Source: Guillardia theta CCMP2712 (lineage: Eukaryota > Protista > Cryptophyta). Taken from it: a stretch of DNA of 64,000 bases. Positions 15,654-29,566 of the stretch are shown in pieces. The position numbers were made by a program, and so were the translations under genes. Location of the stretch: assembly GCF_000315625.1 (NCBI RefSeq), contig NW_005434639.1:354613-418612 (forward strand). Reading direction: 5' to 3'. The notes under the pieces are model-generated. The model was given only the letters and a program-made list of their open reading frames with translations. It did no database searches and had not been told where the DNA came from. How positions within the stretch are numbered: position 1 is the first letter of the stretch; each line of letters opens with the position of its first letter.

Positions 15654-15774
15654 CGAGTCGAGGGAGGGGGGTGGTAGGGGGAGGGCGACGAGGAAGGCAA
15701 ACTTTATTCCACAAACGAACATCAACAAATTTTCCTTCTCCTCTCCAACATTCTCTTCGTTCTCTTCTCATTCT

Positions 15775-18700
15775 TCACACAGCAATCGGAGGTCTCCTCG
15801 TGGTCCCAACGTGTTCCAGCCAAGGCATCGTCGCTTCCTCCTCATATCGAATGTGCCCGACCTGCTCGACGTCACTTCTCCTTCCCTTCTCACTCCATCC
15901 TCCCGCTCCTTCCCGCCCTCCATACCATGTAGTCGTTGAGCCGCTCCAGAGCATCCACGACTCCCTGCATTTCCTGTCCGAGCATGTCAGCAAGTCATTT
16001 CCCTCCTCTCCCTCGTCTCTTCCTCCTCTCCCTCGTCTCTTCCTCCTCTCCCTCACATGGTTTGACAGCTGCTCGAAGTCTCCCGCACTGCTGACGTTTT
16101 CAGAAAACGAGGAGAGCTAAGTGAGGAGGAGGAGGAGGAGGAGGAGGAACATGCGCAGGCGCAGGAGAAAGAGAAGGACCTGTAGCGATCGTGCAGCTGC
16201 TGCAGAAGTTTCCCAACTCCGGCATTGACGTCATCGACTGACTTGTGACGCTCGGGGTCGAGGATGCTGTGAGAGGGTGAGAACAATCGAGAGAGAGAGG
16301 AACAGGAGGAGAACCGATCGACGTCTCTGGCACTCTGAGGAAAGAGCGACTTGACCTGCAAGCAAGGAATCAGAGAGTGGAGGCACGGAGCAGCAGGAGT
16401 GCAAGCTAGAGGACGACGGGGCACGAGGAGGAGTCCAATGTACACAGGATGAGGATGAGATAGTGGAGGTGCGGGAGGGAGAGGTAGCAGACGAGCAGGA
16501 GGAGGGTCAGATTCAACCATGGGAAAGAGCATGGTGTCCTCTACAGCCTCGTGCTCGGCGAGGAACGCGATGTAGTCTTGAAACCTCGCCTGCGGCAGAC
16601 TCAGGTCCTGTCTTCCTCCTCCTGTCGTACCTGAAGAGCAACCAACCCTATCTCCGCTGACGCCGCTGAGTTCGCCATGATGAGGAGCCTCTGCGGGGAA
16701 TTCAAAGGAGAAAGCGAGATGAGAGGGGCGAACTCGGAGAAGGGACAGAGGGCGGAAGGAGAAAGAGGAGGAGGAGGAGGAGGAGGAGGAGGAGGAGGAA
16801 GTCAGACCTGAAGCTCAGATCGCATAAGTTCGTGCTGACCCAGCCAGAGATTCACAAGCCTCTCCTGCTGAACTCGATTTGCCTGCATGAGGGCATGAGG
16901 GCATGGCGAATACTAGGATCTCAACAGAGAGAGTTGCGTGCATGCGATCTCATCACACCCGACACGAATGCATCGTACACATGGTCGCAGTCGTCGTCAG
17001 CATCATTGTCATACCTGAAGACCATCTTCGAGCTCCTTTACCATGGCGAAGGTCAACTTTGTTTCCGTGCTCCTCTCAACTGCCAGCAGGTCAACGGCGG
17101 CCACGTCACTTCCTCAGTCTCACCGTTGACTTGTTGTGAGTGCAGCCTCTGGTGTAAGCTCGAATGGACCTGAGCGGGAGACAAGTCAGAGGAGGGCAGG
17201 GAAGTAGAGGAGGAGGAGGAAGAACTCAAAGAGCCAGGAGAGGAGGACCGGACCTGATCTTTCAGTCTGTCTACATTCTGTTTCGCTGTTCTTGCTCTCA
17301 GTATCCTCGTCAGCTGCTCGTGCATAACTCGCTCTCCGCCTTGCACGCTTGCGTCCCCTACCGCCTGATGTGGCTGTCAGCTTGTCTGCCGGTGGGGAGG
17401 AGGAGGAGGAGGAGGAGGAGAGTAGGAGACAAGGAAGTCAGGGAGACCTGGATGGCATCCATTGCTCTGTCGATGCAGCTTTCGCACTCCAGGCTCAAGC
17501 GCTTCAGGTGCGAGGAGAGCGCGTCCAACGTGCGCGTGTCTTGATCCTTGAGGCTGATGCCCCCGCATAAATCTTCCGCCTGCGAGCTCAAGCGCAACGT
17601 GTAGGCCTCGATGTGAGAGACGAACTGCTTGCAGCTGAACAGCCTCTCGAGGGCTGAGATCTTGCGCCTGATCAGCTCCTGCTGTCTCTCCTGCTCAAAG
17701 TACAGGCTCGCCATCCTCTCCCCGGACTGCAATCCCCCGGCTCCTGCCCCCAGGGCGCATCTCCACTCGTCGAGTTGGAAGCCGATGAGTCTGTGGGGGC
17801 CATGGCGGAGGAAGCACAACCAGGGGTCGTCCGTCCTCGCGAGCTCCCAGAGAGACTCGGCGATCCACGAAGCCATCTTGACAGGGACAAGGATGCTGCC
17901 CGCCCGCCACTCCTCGAAGTGAATCGCGTCAATGTGGTCGGCCAGGAGGCTGTGCAGGAGGTTCCCAGGCTCTAGCGTCTGCCGGAGAGCCTTGTCCATG
18001 AAGAAAGGCTCGAGGTGAGCAGGGTAGTAGAGGCAGATGTCGCCGTAGCGCTTCTCCCTGCTGCAGATGATAGTCCGCTCGTTGCTGTCCAGGCGGTACA
18101 CGTCCTTGTTGACCCACCCCAGGTTGACGTATTTGCCGAAGAACTTCTGCCAGGAGATGCTCTCCACCTCACAGAGCTCCGTCAAGGTCGCGTCCTCGAT
18201 CCTCACCTCTCCCTCCAGCCCGTGATTGAATGACGTGATCACTACCTGCACCTTGGCCGGCTTCGAGTCAACCTGTCGGCAGCAGGAGCGATGGAATTCC
18301 TCTCCCTCCTCTTGTAGCTCAACGAAGGTCACGGCGTCTTTGTTGATAGTGAGGCCTTGAGTGAAGGAGAGAAGGCAAATGATTTCTTTCATGAGCTGCT
18401 CCTTCGCCGCTTCCGTCACCTTGCTTGAAACTTGAACCCTTACCAGTGACATCAGAGACACGAGGCACGCGGAGCACGCGGAACCTGATTCGCTCATTTG
18501 GGGTAGGAGGAGACATCTTATGTACACTGAAGAGGACATGCATGAGTGAGTTCATGGCGTCGGGGGATGGAGCGAGTCGAGACTCGAGCTGCTTTCACGT
18601 CAGGCGCAAGGAGAACATTCATGTCCCTCACTCGTCGATGAAGAAGTCGCTTCAGGTGAAGAAGTTTCGCACAGATGCTCGACTTGTCGCAGTCCTCGAG

Positions 18701-19383
18701 ATCGCCTGAAGTATCAGAGTGACTGAGGGAGAAGGAGCATGACCCAGACCTTCGAACACAAGCAGAACTTCCTTAACTTGTGGGACCTGAGGCGGAGGTG
18801 AGGTAACACAAGGGCCCAAGGGCCTCATACCTTTCTCTTCTTTGCCACTGGCATGACGCACAGCTCCTGCACAAGACCGTCAATGCCATGAGTGCTCCCA
18901 GCGCGGTTGACTTCATCCAGGTACGCCGAGTGCGTGCTTGTCTCCTGCACCTTCAGGTCACAACCACAAATCGCGGCAGGGAGATGAAGGACCAGGTTCT
19001 GATCGAGGTTGATGTCCGAATGGTTTCGAAGCTTCTGCACTAGAGTTTCAAGTTTGCTCCCCAACTCTTCATGGACACATCTAAGTCAGGGTCTGCAGAA
19101 CTTCACTTGCGACTTGAACCTTCATTCTCCCGTTTGAGCATGTCCAGTTGAAGTTGGCGATTCCATTCCGCATCTTCTGCGAAAGAGAGGACGTGAGGCA
19201 ACGATCGACTCTTCGCTCCTCACTCACCTCCTGTGCTTCTATTCTGAGAATCCACAAGACCTGCAGCACATTCCCTGCTTCTCAGCTTCCCATCGCATTC
19301 AAAGTTCACTCGACCGTCTCCATGAGGATGGAATCGACAGGGAGGGTTTTCCGCCTGATCAGGCTGCATGGGCGCTGCAGCAT
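15775..19383 (-). CDS. Large multi-exon protein with coiled-coil region and C-terminal hemerythrin (HHE) domain
   Basis: Spliced C-terminus: LWLGQHELMRSELQ|RLLIMANS...LQ|ARFQDYIAFLAEHEAVEDTMLFPM|VKSLF...|ILDPERHKSV...LNDYM|VGHIRYEEEATMPWL, which is the H..HxxxE..H..HxxxEE pattern. Large central exon in ORF 17358-18539. The 5' end is uncertain. Confidence 0.65.
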
Positions 19384-20338
19384 TACTTAGTCATCGGGCA
19401 CGAAGAGGAGGAGACGAGAAAACCATGTGAAGTTGACATGTCCTGAGTGAAGGGAGGCGAATCAAAAGAACCCCATCGGCCGTGAGATCTCGATCACTCT
19501 GCCAACCAAGTCAGCTCAACGGCTGGAAGCACTTCAGTCAAGAACACCGACCCACTTCAACCCTTAGTCTACGTCTTTCCTGAAATTGTGTAGAATCGAA
19601 TGGTGATTTCGAGCGGATTTAACCGAACGAGGGAAGTAAATTCAGCTTTGTTTCCGGTCACACCACAATCCTATATTACCCCTGAATCACCGCGTGGTCA
19701 TGCCAGCTACCTGCTCACATCTTGCCTGGTTCTCCTCTCCAACCCTCTCATCAACTTGTCTGAAATCAGCTGGTTTGGTCGAACCAGCTCCACACTGTGA
19801 GTCTTATGGACTGAAACCTCTCATACCACATTGCCATTCGATTGCGTGAAACTGCTGCTGAACCCTGGTACAACTTGACACTCATGCTTCACATCAACGG
19901 TTGTGATGCCTCTCCTCTCCTCCCCCCTCCTCTCCTCTCCTCTCCTCTCGCCTCTCTCCTCCCCTCGCTAGCATGTTCCTGCCGCTAAATGTTCACAGTA
20001 ATCTCAGCACCCCACCCCCTCGATTTCTTTCAACCCAGCCACCACCCTCTTTGACACAAGTACCTTCATACCCCTACCCACTACCACTGACTCTAGCATT
20101 TGTTCGGGATTATACACCCCTTATGAAGTACCCTACCCTACTCAAACATGTGCTGTTGAGCACTCACTCGTTCACCACCCCTTGTGTTATCTACCCCACC
20201 CCCTTCCTCACTTCTTAAAATCTCCCACTGTTTAAAATACTGTTTTAAAGCCGTTACTTCTTTGCAAATTCCTATGTAACGGTTACCGCAATCCAAACCA
20301 TGGCGTGGGCACTTATCGGCAGAGGTCCACAGCGGCTG

Positions 20339-22494
20339 ATGGCGACGATGGCGGAGGAGGAGAAGGAGGAGGAGGATTTCACAGATTATGAGGTGAAAAC
20401 GACTAGATCCAACGGAAATTCTTCCAAGAGAGATGCACACAGATCAAGAATGTCCCCGGGAACGAGGAGTGGCAGAGAGGAGGGAAAGCTGGACGGGGGG
20501 GTACAGGAGCATGTAGAGCGAGCAGAAACGCCGAGAACGCATGAAAACGACGATGGCATTGACTACAAAGCTCAGGAAAGGTCCGCTGGAATCGACAGGA
20601 GAACATCTAGCAGCCACGGGAACTCGGTTCTGAAGGGAGAGATAGTTTCTAAGTACGCAAGGTTTCTGGCTCTCAGAGACTTGCAACGGATGAGCGAAGA
20701 GCAAGCAGCGAGACGGATGGTGGTATCATTGAAAGTGAAGAGCCAAGAGGACGTTCCTGCACTTGCTGCCTTCCTAGCGCGAAAAGAACAGAAGTTGAAA
20801 GAAGTGATGGTCGAAGCAACGTCACTCGACTTTGTAAAGACTCTGGAGGTTTCAGGACAAGTGAGAATGATAGCGAGTGTTGGAGGGGGGCGAAAGTCGA
20901 TGCTACGATTCACGGGGCCCATGGTGGGCCTTCGACTCACAACCGTCTCCTCTCAGCTGATCCTGCAAGGCATCGACTTGGAGATGTTTTCCTCCGTACG
21001 ACCAGCTTGTCGAGAGATCCAGGCAAACAAAGCCGCTGCTTCCCCTCCTCCTGCTTCCCCTCGTGTATCTCCTGTTCTCCTCCTAGAGCGACTGACGTGT
21101 CTTGCTTCAGGTTGTATCCAAGCCGCTTGTCCATGCTCCAACGTCTGGACATGCCGTGAAGGAGAAGGTGAGGGGTGGTGGGGTTGGCGTAACTGAATGA
21201 CAGCAGGGGTTCTACTTCAACGACGACCAACTACCGACATGCTTGTCTGTGAGCGGAGGGACTGCCGTCTGTCAGCGATGCTCCTTCAGCAACGCGAATG
21301 GCGATGGCATCCTCGTGACGGCAAAGGGGGGAGTCGAGCTCGACGACTGCGATGTCCAGGTAACGCTCAACTCCCCCCCCCCAGCCATGAGAGACAAGTC
21401 GCTGCTTGACTCGTGCTCTAGAGCTGCGGGAGATTTGGAGCTATGGTGCTAGGGGAGGCAAAGCTGCTGGGCAGCAACGTGAGACTGCGAGGCAACGGAG
21501 GCAGTGGATGTCTCGTCAAGGGTCTTGGCTCCTCCTGCGAATTCTCCTCCTCCTCCTTCCATAACAACATGCGTGGAGGTCTCCTGCTTCAGGAAGGAGC
21601 CACCGCCGTGCTGGAGTCCAGCTCAGTCTTGGAGAACGGAGAGTCTGGCATCCACCTGAAGTCGAGCTCGCACTGCAAGCTCTTCTCTTGGTGACCTGTC
21701 GCACCTCCTCCCCCCTGCGTGCTCGTGCTCCCATCCCAGCCACCCTTGTCTACCGTCCTCCATCCTCTTGACCTCTCTTGTCCTCCCTCTCCGCTCTCTG
21801 ACCTCTTCTCCAGCTCTGTCGGACGCAATCGACTTCACGGAGTCTTCGCCATTGGCACAGCAGGGGAGCAGCAGGCGCGAGAAGATCCGCTCCTGCAGAT
21901 GAGAGGGTGGAGGCCAATGGAGCAGCAAAGACGGGCCAGTAGAAACTTCACCAGCGTGAGGATGGAGGACGTGCGACTTGAGGACAACGGAGGAGACGGC
22001 GTGAGGGCGGAGGGCCTCGCCTCCTCCTGCCTCCTCAAGTCATGTCAACTCCTCGTGAACTCAAGAAGCGGAGCTGCCGCCTCTGCTGGTGGCAGCATCT
22101 GCCTGCTCTCCTGCTCTGTGCGAGGCAACAGGGAGATCGGGCTTGTGGCGTCTGGCAAGGGAGCGAGGCTGCTCTGCTCCCATGTGGAGATCGCTGGGAG
22201 CAGCATGGGAGTGCTGTGCTCTGCTGCGAAGGTCGTGAAGGAGAGGAGAGAGACTGACGAGGCTCACAGTCTCTGCAGGTTGAGCTCGTGAGCTCAAGGT
22301 GCGGCAAGAGTCGCGTGAAAGACTTGGAGCAGACCGGAGGAGGGGAGATATCATTCCATGCAGGAGAAGAGCTGCGAGGCTGGATGGAGCACGAGGAAGG
22401 AGCTCCGGTCCCAGGGAAGGAGGACATGGCATGGCTGAAGGAGGTGAGGGAAATGCTGCCAACTAACTCGTGGAGAACTTGGCATGGATTCTAA
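20339..22494 (+). CDS. Right-handed (parallel) beta-helix repeat protein
   Basis: Repeated motifs: NANGDGILV, GNGGSGCLV, HNNMRGGLLL, ENGESGIHL, RNRLHGVFA, DNGGDGVRA, GNREIGLVA. Confidence 0.7.
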
Positions 22495-22553
22495 TCTCTT
22501 AAAGCAAGCTCTCCTTTGCTGTGCTGTCCTCTCCTCCCCTTGTTTCTCTACTC

Positions 22554-25421
22554 TCACATTTCGTGAGGTATCCACACATTCTTCACGTGCGTTGCGGCTT
22601 GAAGGAGCTCGAGCGTTGTCTCTGTATGAAGAATGAGACTCGAGCGTTGCCCTTTTATCTCACCTTGAGTGCTGGTGAACCAGTCGCGGCTGCTCTCCTC
22701 CTCCACAAACAATCTCTTCATGCTGTCAGCTGATGCTGACTCCACCTTGGCGATGCTGTCCTTGGAGCCGAAGAACCACAGCGAGTCCACAGCTCGATGC
22801 TCGGCGAGCACGAGAGCGAGAGGCTGCTTGCTCCCCGTCACCACATTGACCACACCTGCTGTACGTTGAGCGACAACCAGGAGAAGAACCCTGTGCTCAC
22901 CAGGAGGGACGTCCGAGGTCTCGAGTATCTGGTACAAGTCCGCTGCAATCATGGGGTGTCTCTCGCTGCCCTCAACTCAGACTCTCCTCCCCCCCCTCCA
23001 TCGGCACCTCGGGATGATCACGACCGCGTTTCCTCGTGACAAGGCTGCCGCGAGCAGCGACATCAACGACAGGAGCGGATGACTGCTGGGACAGACAATC
23101 CCAACGACTCCGACAGCCTCGTGCATCGCCATCACTGTCCCGTCCAGCGTCGTCTCTTGCACTGATCCCCCGTACTTGTCTGCGTAGGCCGCGAAGGAGA
23201 AGATCCTCGAGATGGACACGTTCACCTCCTCCTTTGCCTCCTGCAGCGACCTCATCATCTCTTCTTCCGCTCGCCCTACTCTTGTTCATCGCCCTCCTCT
23301 CGCTCACCAGCGCGCTGCATCCGGTCATGGTCATGATCCTCTGCTCGAGCTCTCGCGCCCTGGCGCTCACGTTCTCGGCCAAGTAGTAGAGGATCTACAG
23401 GTGACGCTCACGCCTGCCCCCCCTTTTCAACCACCAGCACCATCACCTGCGCTCGGCTGTGCCCCGGCTTGGCAGCCCAGGAGGAGAGAGCAGAGGAAGC
23501 AGCTTCTACAGCATCTCTGATGTCTTTTCTGCTCCCGTTGCAGACCTACGAGGCGAGGAGGCGGGAGCAAGAGTCAATCTCGACGAGGCGCGAGAGAAGA
23601 AAGACTCACGTGTCCGATGAGCTCTTTGTTGTGCGAGAGAACAGGCACAGATAAACCTGAGTCACTCCTCACCTGCTTGCCTCCGACGAAGAGCTTGTTC
23701 GTCCTGTCCACTTGAGCAAACTCCTCTGAAGAGACTGACATCTTCGAGTTTGATCCGACACCCTGTTCTTGCCCGTCATCGCGCCTTTCAGCTTTTCCCT
23801 GCTTGACTTTTCCCTTCCAGGCAGGCAAGAGGTACTCGAAAATGCCCTCCTTTCCTCCCTCCCGCCCAAATCCTGACTCCTTGCATCCTCCAAATCCTGC
23901 AGCAGCGTCGAATACATTGTGCGAGTTTATCCAGACAACTCCTGCTCGAATCTTCTTCGCCATCTCCATTGCTACACACGTCTTCTCTGTCCAGATGGAA
24001 GCGGCAAGACCGTACCTAACGTTGTTGGCCAGCAAACAAGCTTCCTCTGGCGTGCGGAAAGTGTGGAGGACGAGGACAGGGCCAAAGATTTCATCCTGAG
24101 AGAGGGAGGAGCAGGTTTGAAGTCCGAGGATGAGAGTTGGCTTGAAGAAATAACCCTTGCTGGGGTTGAAAGACAAGTTGGACTGAAAAATCTCTCCTCC
24201 TTCTTTCCTGCCTTCATCCACGAACGTCGAGATGGTTCGGAGTTGATTCGCGTTATTGATTGCTGCCATGTCTGCATTCTTGTCTAGAGAGTTGCCCATC
24301 CGAAGTCTCTCAATTCGCTCCTTCAGCTTAGTCACCAGCTTGTCCTTCACTCCCTCCTGTACCAGCAGGCGCGACCCTGCACAGCAGACCTGCCCCTGGT
24401 TCATGAAGATGCTGTCGACACATCCCTCCACACACGCGTCAAGGTCTGCGTCCTGCAAGACGATCATCGCACTCTTGCCTCCCAGCTCCATTGTGAGCTT
24501 GACATCTCTGCCGGCCAGCTGCTTCCTGATCTGCTTGCCCACGGAAGTGGAACCAGTGAAGGCAACCTGGAGGAGAAGCGTGAGATGGAAGCGTATGATG
24601 CAGCGAGAGGAAGCGAGAGGCTACCTTGCTGATGGCCGGGTGAGCAACAAGGTAGCTCGCCATCTCGTTGTCGCCGGTGATGACGTTGACAACCCCCGGC
24701 GGCAACCCAATCTCCTTGAGGATGTCGCAGAACAGGAAGGCTGACAGGCGGGTCGAAGGCGCTGAGATCAGAGTCACGGAAGAGAAGGACGACTTGGAGG
24801 AGATTTCGACCTGGTTTGAGGACGACTGTGTTCCCCATGGCGAGAGCAGGAGCAAGCTTCCATGACAGCATCAGCAGAGGAAAGTTCCTGCAAAGACGCT
24901 TAGGGGCCTCCTGACCTCGTTGCCTCTCACCACGGGATGATGCAAGCCACCACTCCCAGAGGACGGTATCCAGCAAACTCCTGCTCTTGGAGTTGAGCCC
25001 AACCAGCATGGTGGTAGAAATGTCTGACAGCCAGAGGCACGTCGATGTTCTTGCTCTCCCTGATCGTCTTTCCATTGTCCAAGGACTCGATTCCAGCCAA
25101 CAGCTTGTGGTGTCGCTGCATGCTCCGGGCGATGGCGTAAAGGTACTTTGCTCTCTCATGTCCTGTCAGCGCAGACCAGCTCTTGAAGGCTTCTGCCGCT
25201 GCTGCCACCGCCTGGTCCACCTCCTCCTTACCTGCCTGCTCGCATTCAGCCAGAACCTCTTCAGTGCAAGGGTCCACGCTAGGAGCGAAAGCTGGAGAGG
25301 GAGAGAATCTGAACTCTCCTCCAACAAACGTCCCGAACTTGCGAGCATGGCGCTCGAGCCACTTCATCTCCTCCTCCACCTTCTCTTTCGCCTCCCCATA
25401 GTCCAGCCGAAGCGCCTCCAT
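22554..25421 (-). CDS. ALDH16: ALDH16-type aldehyde dehydrogenase (full ALDH plus truncated second ALDH domain), catalytic residues intact
   Basis: ESLDNGKTIRESKNIDVPLAVRHFYHHAGWAQL, IIPW|NFPLLMLSWKLAPALAMGN, FTGST, MELGGKS, NQGQVCCAGSR, EIFGPV, GFGGCKESGFGREGG. Second domain: DRTNKLFVGGKQVRSDSG, ILYYLAEN, YADKYGG, VKNVWIP. Confidence 0.9.
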
Positions 25422-26885
25422 TGCAATTCTTCCACCACCCCACCCTTTGGCAGAATTGAATATGAAAGAGAGGGGTGGTCTAGGTTCTCAATAGATGCGC
25501 CCAGTGGCGGCATGTTTGCAGGGCGGGAAGAGAGGCGAGGGAGGGAGGGAGCAAGCGAGCAAGGGTGGGAGGAAACAAGCGAGCAAGGGAGCAAGGGAGC
25601 AAGGGAGCAAGGGGGAGACAGCAATAGAGGGAGGGCGGAGGCGAGAGGAGTAAGAGAAGGAGAGGAGGAAAGGAGGAGGCCAACAAGGGAGCGAGTGAAG
25701 GACAGTGAAGGTGCCAGGGAACGAAGGGGGAATGTATTAGGATGGAGGGTGGATAGAAATATGGAAAGGGGCAAGATGGGAGCGGAAGCGAGCGAGCAAC
25801 TGAAGGGAAAATGCAATTTAATAATGATAGGAAGAGTGAGGAAGCTGTGGGCAGCAGGCAATGCTGTTGCCCAAACCTTGAGCCTCAGAGGTGACGTCGG
25901 GATCACTGAAAGTTGTGACAATGGTGGAGGGGGGGTAGGTGCGAAGCTGCTGATCCTATCAAATGACTGGGGACGGCATGCGTCGCTGTTGTCTGTCGCC
26001 GAGCATGCGGGGACGGCGGCGAGTTTTGACATGCACCAGGTGGTGGGTGAGTGAGTGGGGGTGGGTCAGGGGTGGGTTGCGACTGTGTGGATATGAGGGC
26101 GATGAAGATTATGCAGGTTTCCCTTCCGAGTCAAGAGGGGTTGTCCTGCCTGGTTAAGAAGGGGGTGGTTACACTGTAACTGTGGGGTAGAGATGCTGTG
26201 TTGAGCCTGGAGAGAGGGGTGGGTGGTGGGTGGTTTTACTACTACGCTTCCTCATCACCCTAGGGGTCATGTTGGTGAGCAGGGTAGGGTGGTTTAATAC
26301 TGAAAACGAGGGGTGTTTCGATAAGTGTTTTGCAGGGTGGAAAATATAGTGAGTGGAAATTTTTTCCATAAACCTCCCAACATTTCATGAAGGATTTTAT
26401 AGGAATATTCTTTGATTAATATATTTCAACAACTAATAGTGAGGGATGTTTATGTTTTCTATAAACATGCCATATTCCTGCAATAATTCCGATGTGACGA
26501 TGTGAGCACAACTACCAATCCTCCTCCTCCTCCTCCTCCTCCACCACCACCACCACCACCACTACCCAATCCTCCTGCTACATATGCACATTTCTTTCCT
26601 CAGAGAACATATCAAGAAGCTCATGCCTGCTAGTATGATCTTATCATCTCTGCAATCATGATCGCCATGTCCCATTGCCATCTTCTCGTACCTTGAATGA
26701 ATACTCACTCGTGTTGTCTTGCCATCCATGGAATTCTGCTATATATCATCACATCTCTCATTTCCATCCTTGGAATCATCGTCGCAATTATATTAGTGGC
26801 CAATGTTATCATCAGATCGTTCTTTTTGTTCGTTGTGGGACACGTCACGACCTTCTTCTCCCCTGCTTTCTCCTCAGCCGCTACC

Positions 26886-26976
26886 ACAGTCCCCATCATC
26901 ACAGTCCCCATCATCACAGTCACCATCATCACAGTCACCATCATCACAGTCACCATCATCACAGTCACCATCATCA
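26886..26976. repeat. 15-bp minisatellite x6 (acagtcMccatcatc)
   Basis: Direct tandem repeat read from the sequence. Confidence 0.85.
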
Positions 26977-27144
26977 CCACAGTCCAACAGTGCGCTGACT
27001 TGATTGTTTCAAGATGCCTGGTCGATGATAAGTTTCCAAGACAACCTCCCCTGCAATTGCACAGAGCAGGCGGACACCGTCTGAGCTAGCGGGGAGAGGC
27101 TTGTGAGAGAAGCACAAGGAGAGGCTTGTGAGAGAAGCATCACG

Positions 27145-29566
27145 ATGGACAAGGAAAGACAGAAGGAGCATTTGAAAGGAAGAAAGAGGAGGGAAGTGCA
27201 CGGCTCCCCATGGCACCTCGGGCAGTACATGGCGACTTGGACAGCGCCAGAAGAGAAGGAGAAGAACGAGAACGAGAAGAAGAGAAGACGCTTGTGTTCC
27301 TGCAAGAGACAGAACCGTACTTTCTTCGTCGTGATGTCGTTTGGGATTCTATTCCTCTTGACTCTCTTGCATCTCATGCTCCCGCCTTTGGGTGAGGATC
27401 GCGTCAAGCTTGTCTGGCAACCCGCGCTGGTTCTCGATCAAGAGCTTGTTTCCTTGGGGCTTACCTTCATGCCAGGACGCCTCTGTCTTGAACCGCACGA
27501 AACAAGAGTTCTTGGTCTTCAAGGAGAACCAGTCTCTCCCGACTTTCGGGATAACAGGAGGAAGGTATGACAAGAAGACAGGAAAGAAGTCAGATTGCAA
27601 TACCCGACTGGTCAAGTTCTGTAATGGCATGTGTAGCAAGCATGGTTCTTCCCCACCTGAGGTCTGCTTGTGCCGACACACTGGGTCAGGCTGTTGACAA
27701 CCACCGCGCAGGAGCTCAAGTCTCCTGGCCTGCTCCAGCTCCGCGGAAATCTTTCCGAAGACTCGCAGTGCTTCCTGTGGTATACAAACGCGATATGGAC
27801 GAGGCCGACGGCTGGCAGAGCAGGGTTGATGTTGTCACGTCTAGGTATCACAATCCTTCCCTTCCGCCTCCTCCGCTCCCCCTCCTCCGCGTTCCCTTGT
27901 TCTTCGTTTCCATATCATGTAACTGCGTCGCTGCAGGTGCAGGCGTGGACAACAAGGCTTACTTTGCTCAAGCTGTGTCCGAGTACGTGGAGAGGAATGG
28001 CTGCAAGTACTTCCAGGTGAAAAACTGCTTGCTTGAACTCTGCTTACTCGCCGTAGTTCACACCTCCTACCCTCGACCTTGGCGAGCAGCATGGATGCTT
28101 TGCCTTCTTTTACAACAATGCGAGATATGCCACATCTCCCCAGGCCCTCTGGTTCCTAAAGAAGTCAAAGGGTTCGACTGGGTAACGACATTCCTTCCTT
28201 CCTCTACCTCTCCTCCACCACGCCTGCTCCCTTGGCAGCTGATTTGTAGATCAGGAGACATGTGCGGCTGATCACTCGCGAGGAAGTGGAGCAAATTGCA
28301 GCGAAGCAACAGGACATGTAAAGCAACGCCACCTCCAAGTTCCCTCTGCTCATCTCCTTTCCCTATTTCATGTCCTCCCTCTCATCCTGGCTTGCTCAGT
28401 CTCTTCCTTCCTCCCCGCTGTGCTGCCATCCACCTCTGGCTTACGCTTGATCAGGTGCCCACGCAGCGGAGGGCTGGCAAGCTTGGAGGTGCCGGACATG
28501 TGGACGATAAAGGGCCACAAGTTCGATCATCGCATCTACGTGCTCGTTCCGTCCATGGAGCCCTGGACCATCTTCTTCCGACCGGGTCACCTTCGCTTCT
28601 CAGTCTTCAATCACACCAACGCCACTCGCACCCGCGCCAAGAAGCTCGTGTTCCTCAACGACTCCGACAACTCGGCGGCGGAGACCGACCCCTACCTCGC
28701 CACTCACGTCACCAACCCTCGATTTGGCCTCGCCCACACCAACAAGTCCCAGGAAGTCCTTCGGCCTGTCGAGACGCTCCGCTCGGCCCTCGAGGAGGAG
28801 CTTGGGGTCACTCGCGGGCGGCAGGCGTGGAGGAAGCTGAGCCTGAGCGTGAGAAATGCGGCACTGAGCGCCATCTTCTCTGTGAGGTACCGCAGCTGGG
28901 GGCAGAATTCCCCCTGGGGCTACCTCTTCATGGCCATGGACGTAGCCTACGACAGGCACCAGAACGCGTTCGTGCTGGACCTCAACTCAGGCCCCTCCTT
29001 CTACCACGGCAGCGAGTGGCCCGAATGGTATGTGCAAGACAGAAGCGCCATGATCCGAGAGGCAGCAGACATCATCCAAGAGCTCGCTTTCCGCAAGCTG
29101 GTCTCGCAGCAGGAGACCAGCTTAAACCCCCTGAACCTCACAGCCATGCCGCTCAAGACCGCCAAGAGCTGGGAGATGCTGTTTGCGGAAGGGGGAGGAT
29201 GGCGACATGAGGGGAGGGATGGGCTGATCAAGGAGGGAGGATGCGTCAGCCTCAGTTACCAAGACGCTCAGCCGCGTCAGCGCCAGAAGCAAGTCGAAGA
29301 ATTGAAGGTGAGAAGCCTACCAGCTGAGATCCTGTGCTCAAGTTTCTGCAGAAATTGAAGACAGAGATGTTTCTTCGAATTCAATCGACAATGGAAAGCG
29401 AAGACGAGGACGAGGCGGCTGCCATGATTCGTGCGTATCTTTATTTCCTCCCTCCGTCTCTTTCTGCCCTCATCCCCTACTTTAACATTGACATCCCTCA
29501 GGTTCGATCCATCGCATCCTCCACGCGCGCGAGCAGCTCAATTCCACGGCTGCTTCACCCCTTTAA
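27145..29566 (+). CDS. Tubulin-tyrosine-ligase-like (ATP-grasp) protein with N-terminal transmembrane anchor
   Basis: TM segment TFFVVMSFGILFLLTLLHLML. TTL motifs GHKFDHRIYVLVPSMEP, GHLRFS, HVTN, YLFMAMDVAYD...FVLDLNSGPSF. Last exons inferred: ...AMIR|SIHRILHAREQLNSTAASPL*. Confidence 0.7.

Noticed and set aside
26675-27089. His-rich metal-binding peptide from the 15-bp repeat
   Set aside because: The repeat is open in several frames, with no clear start, splice context or homology to choose one.
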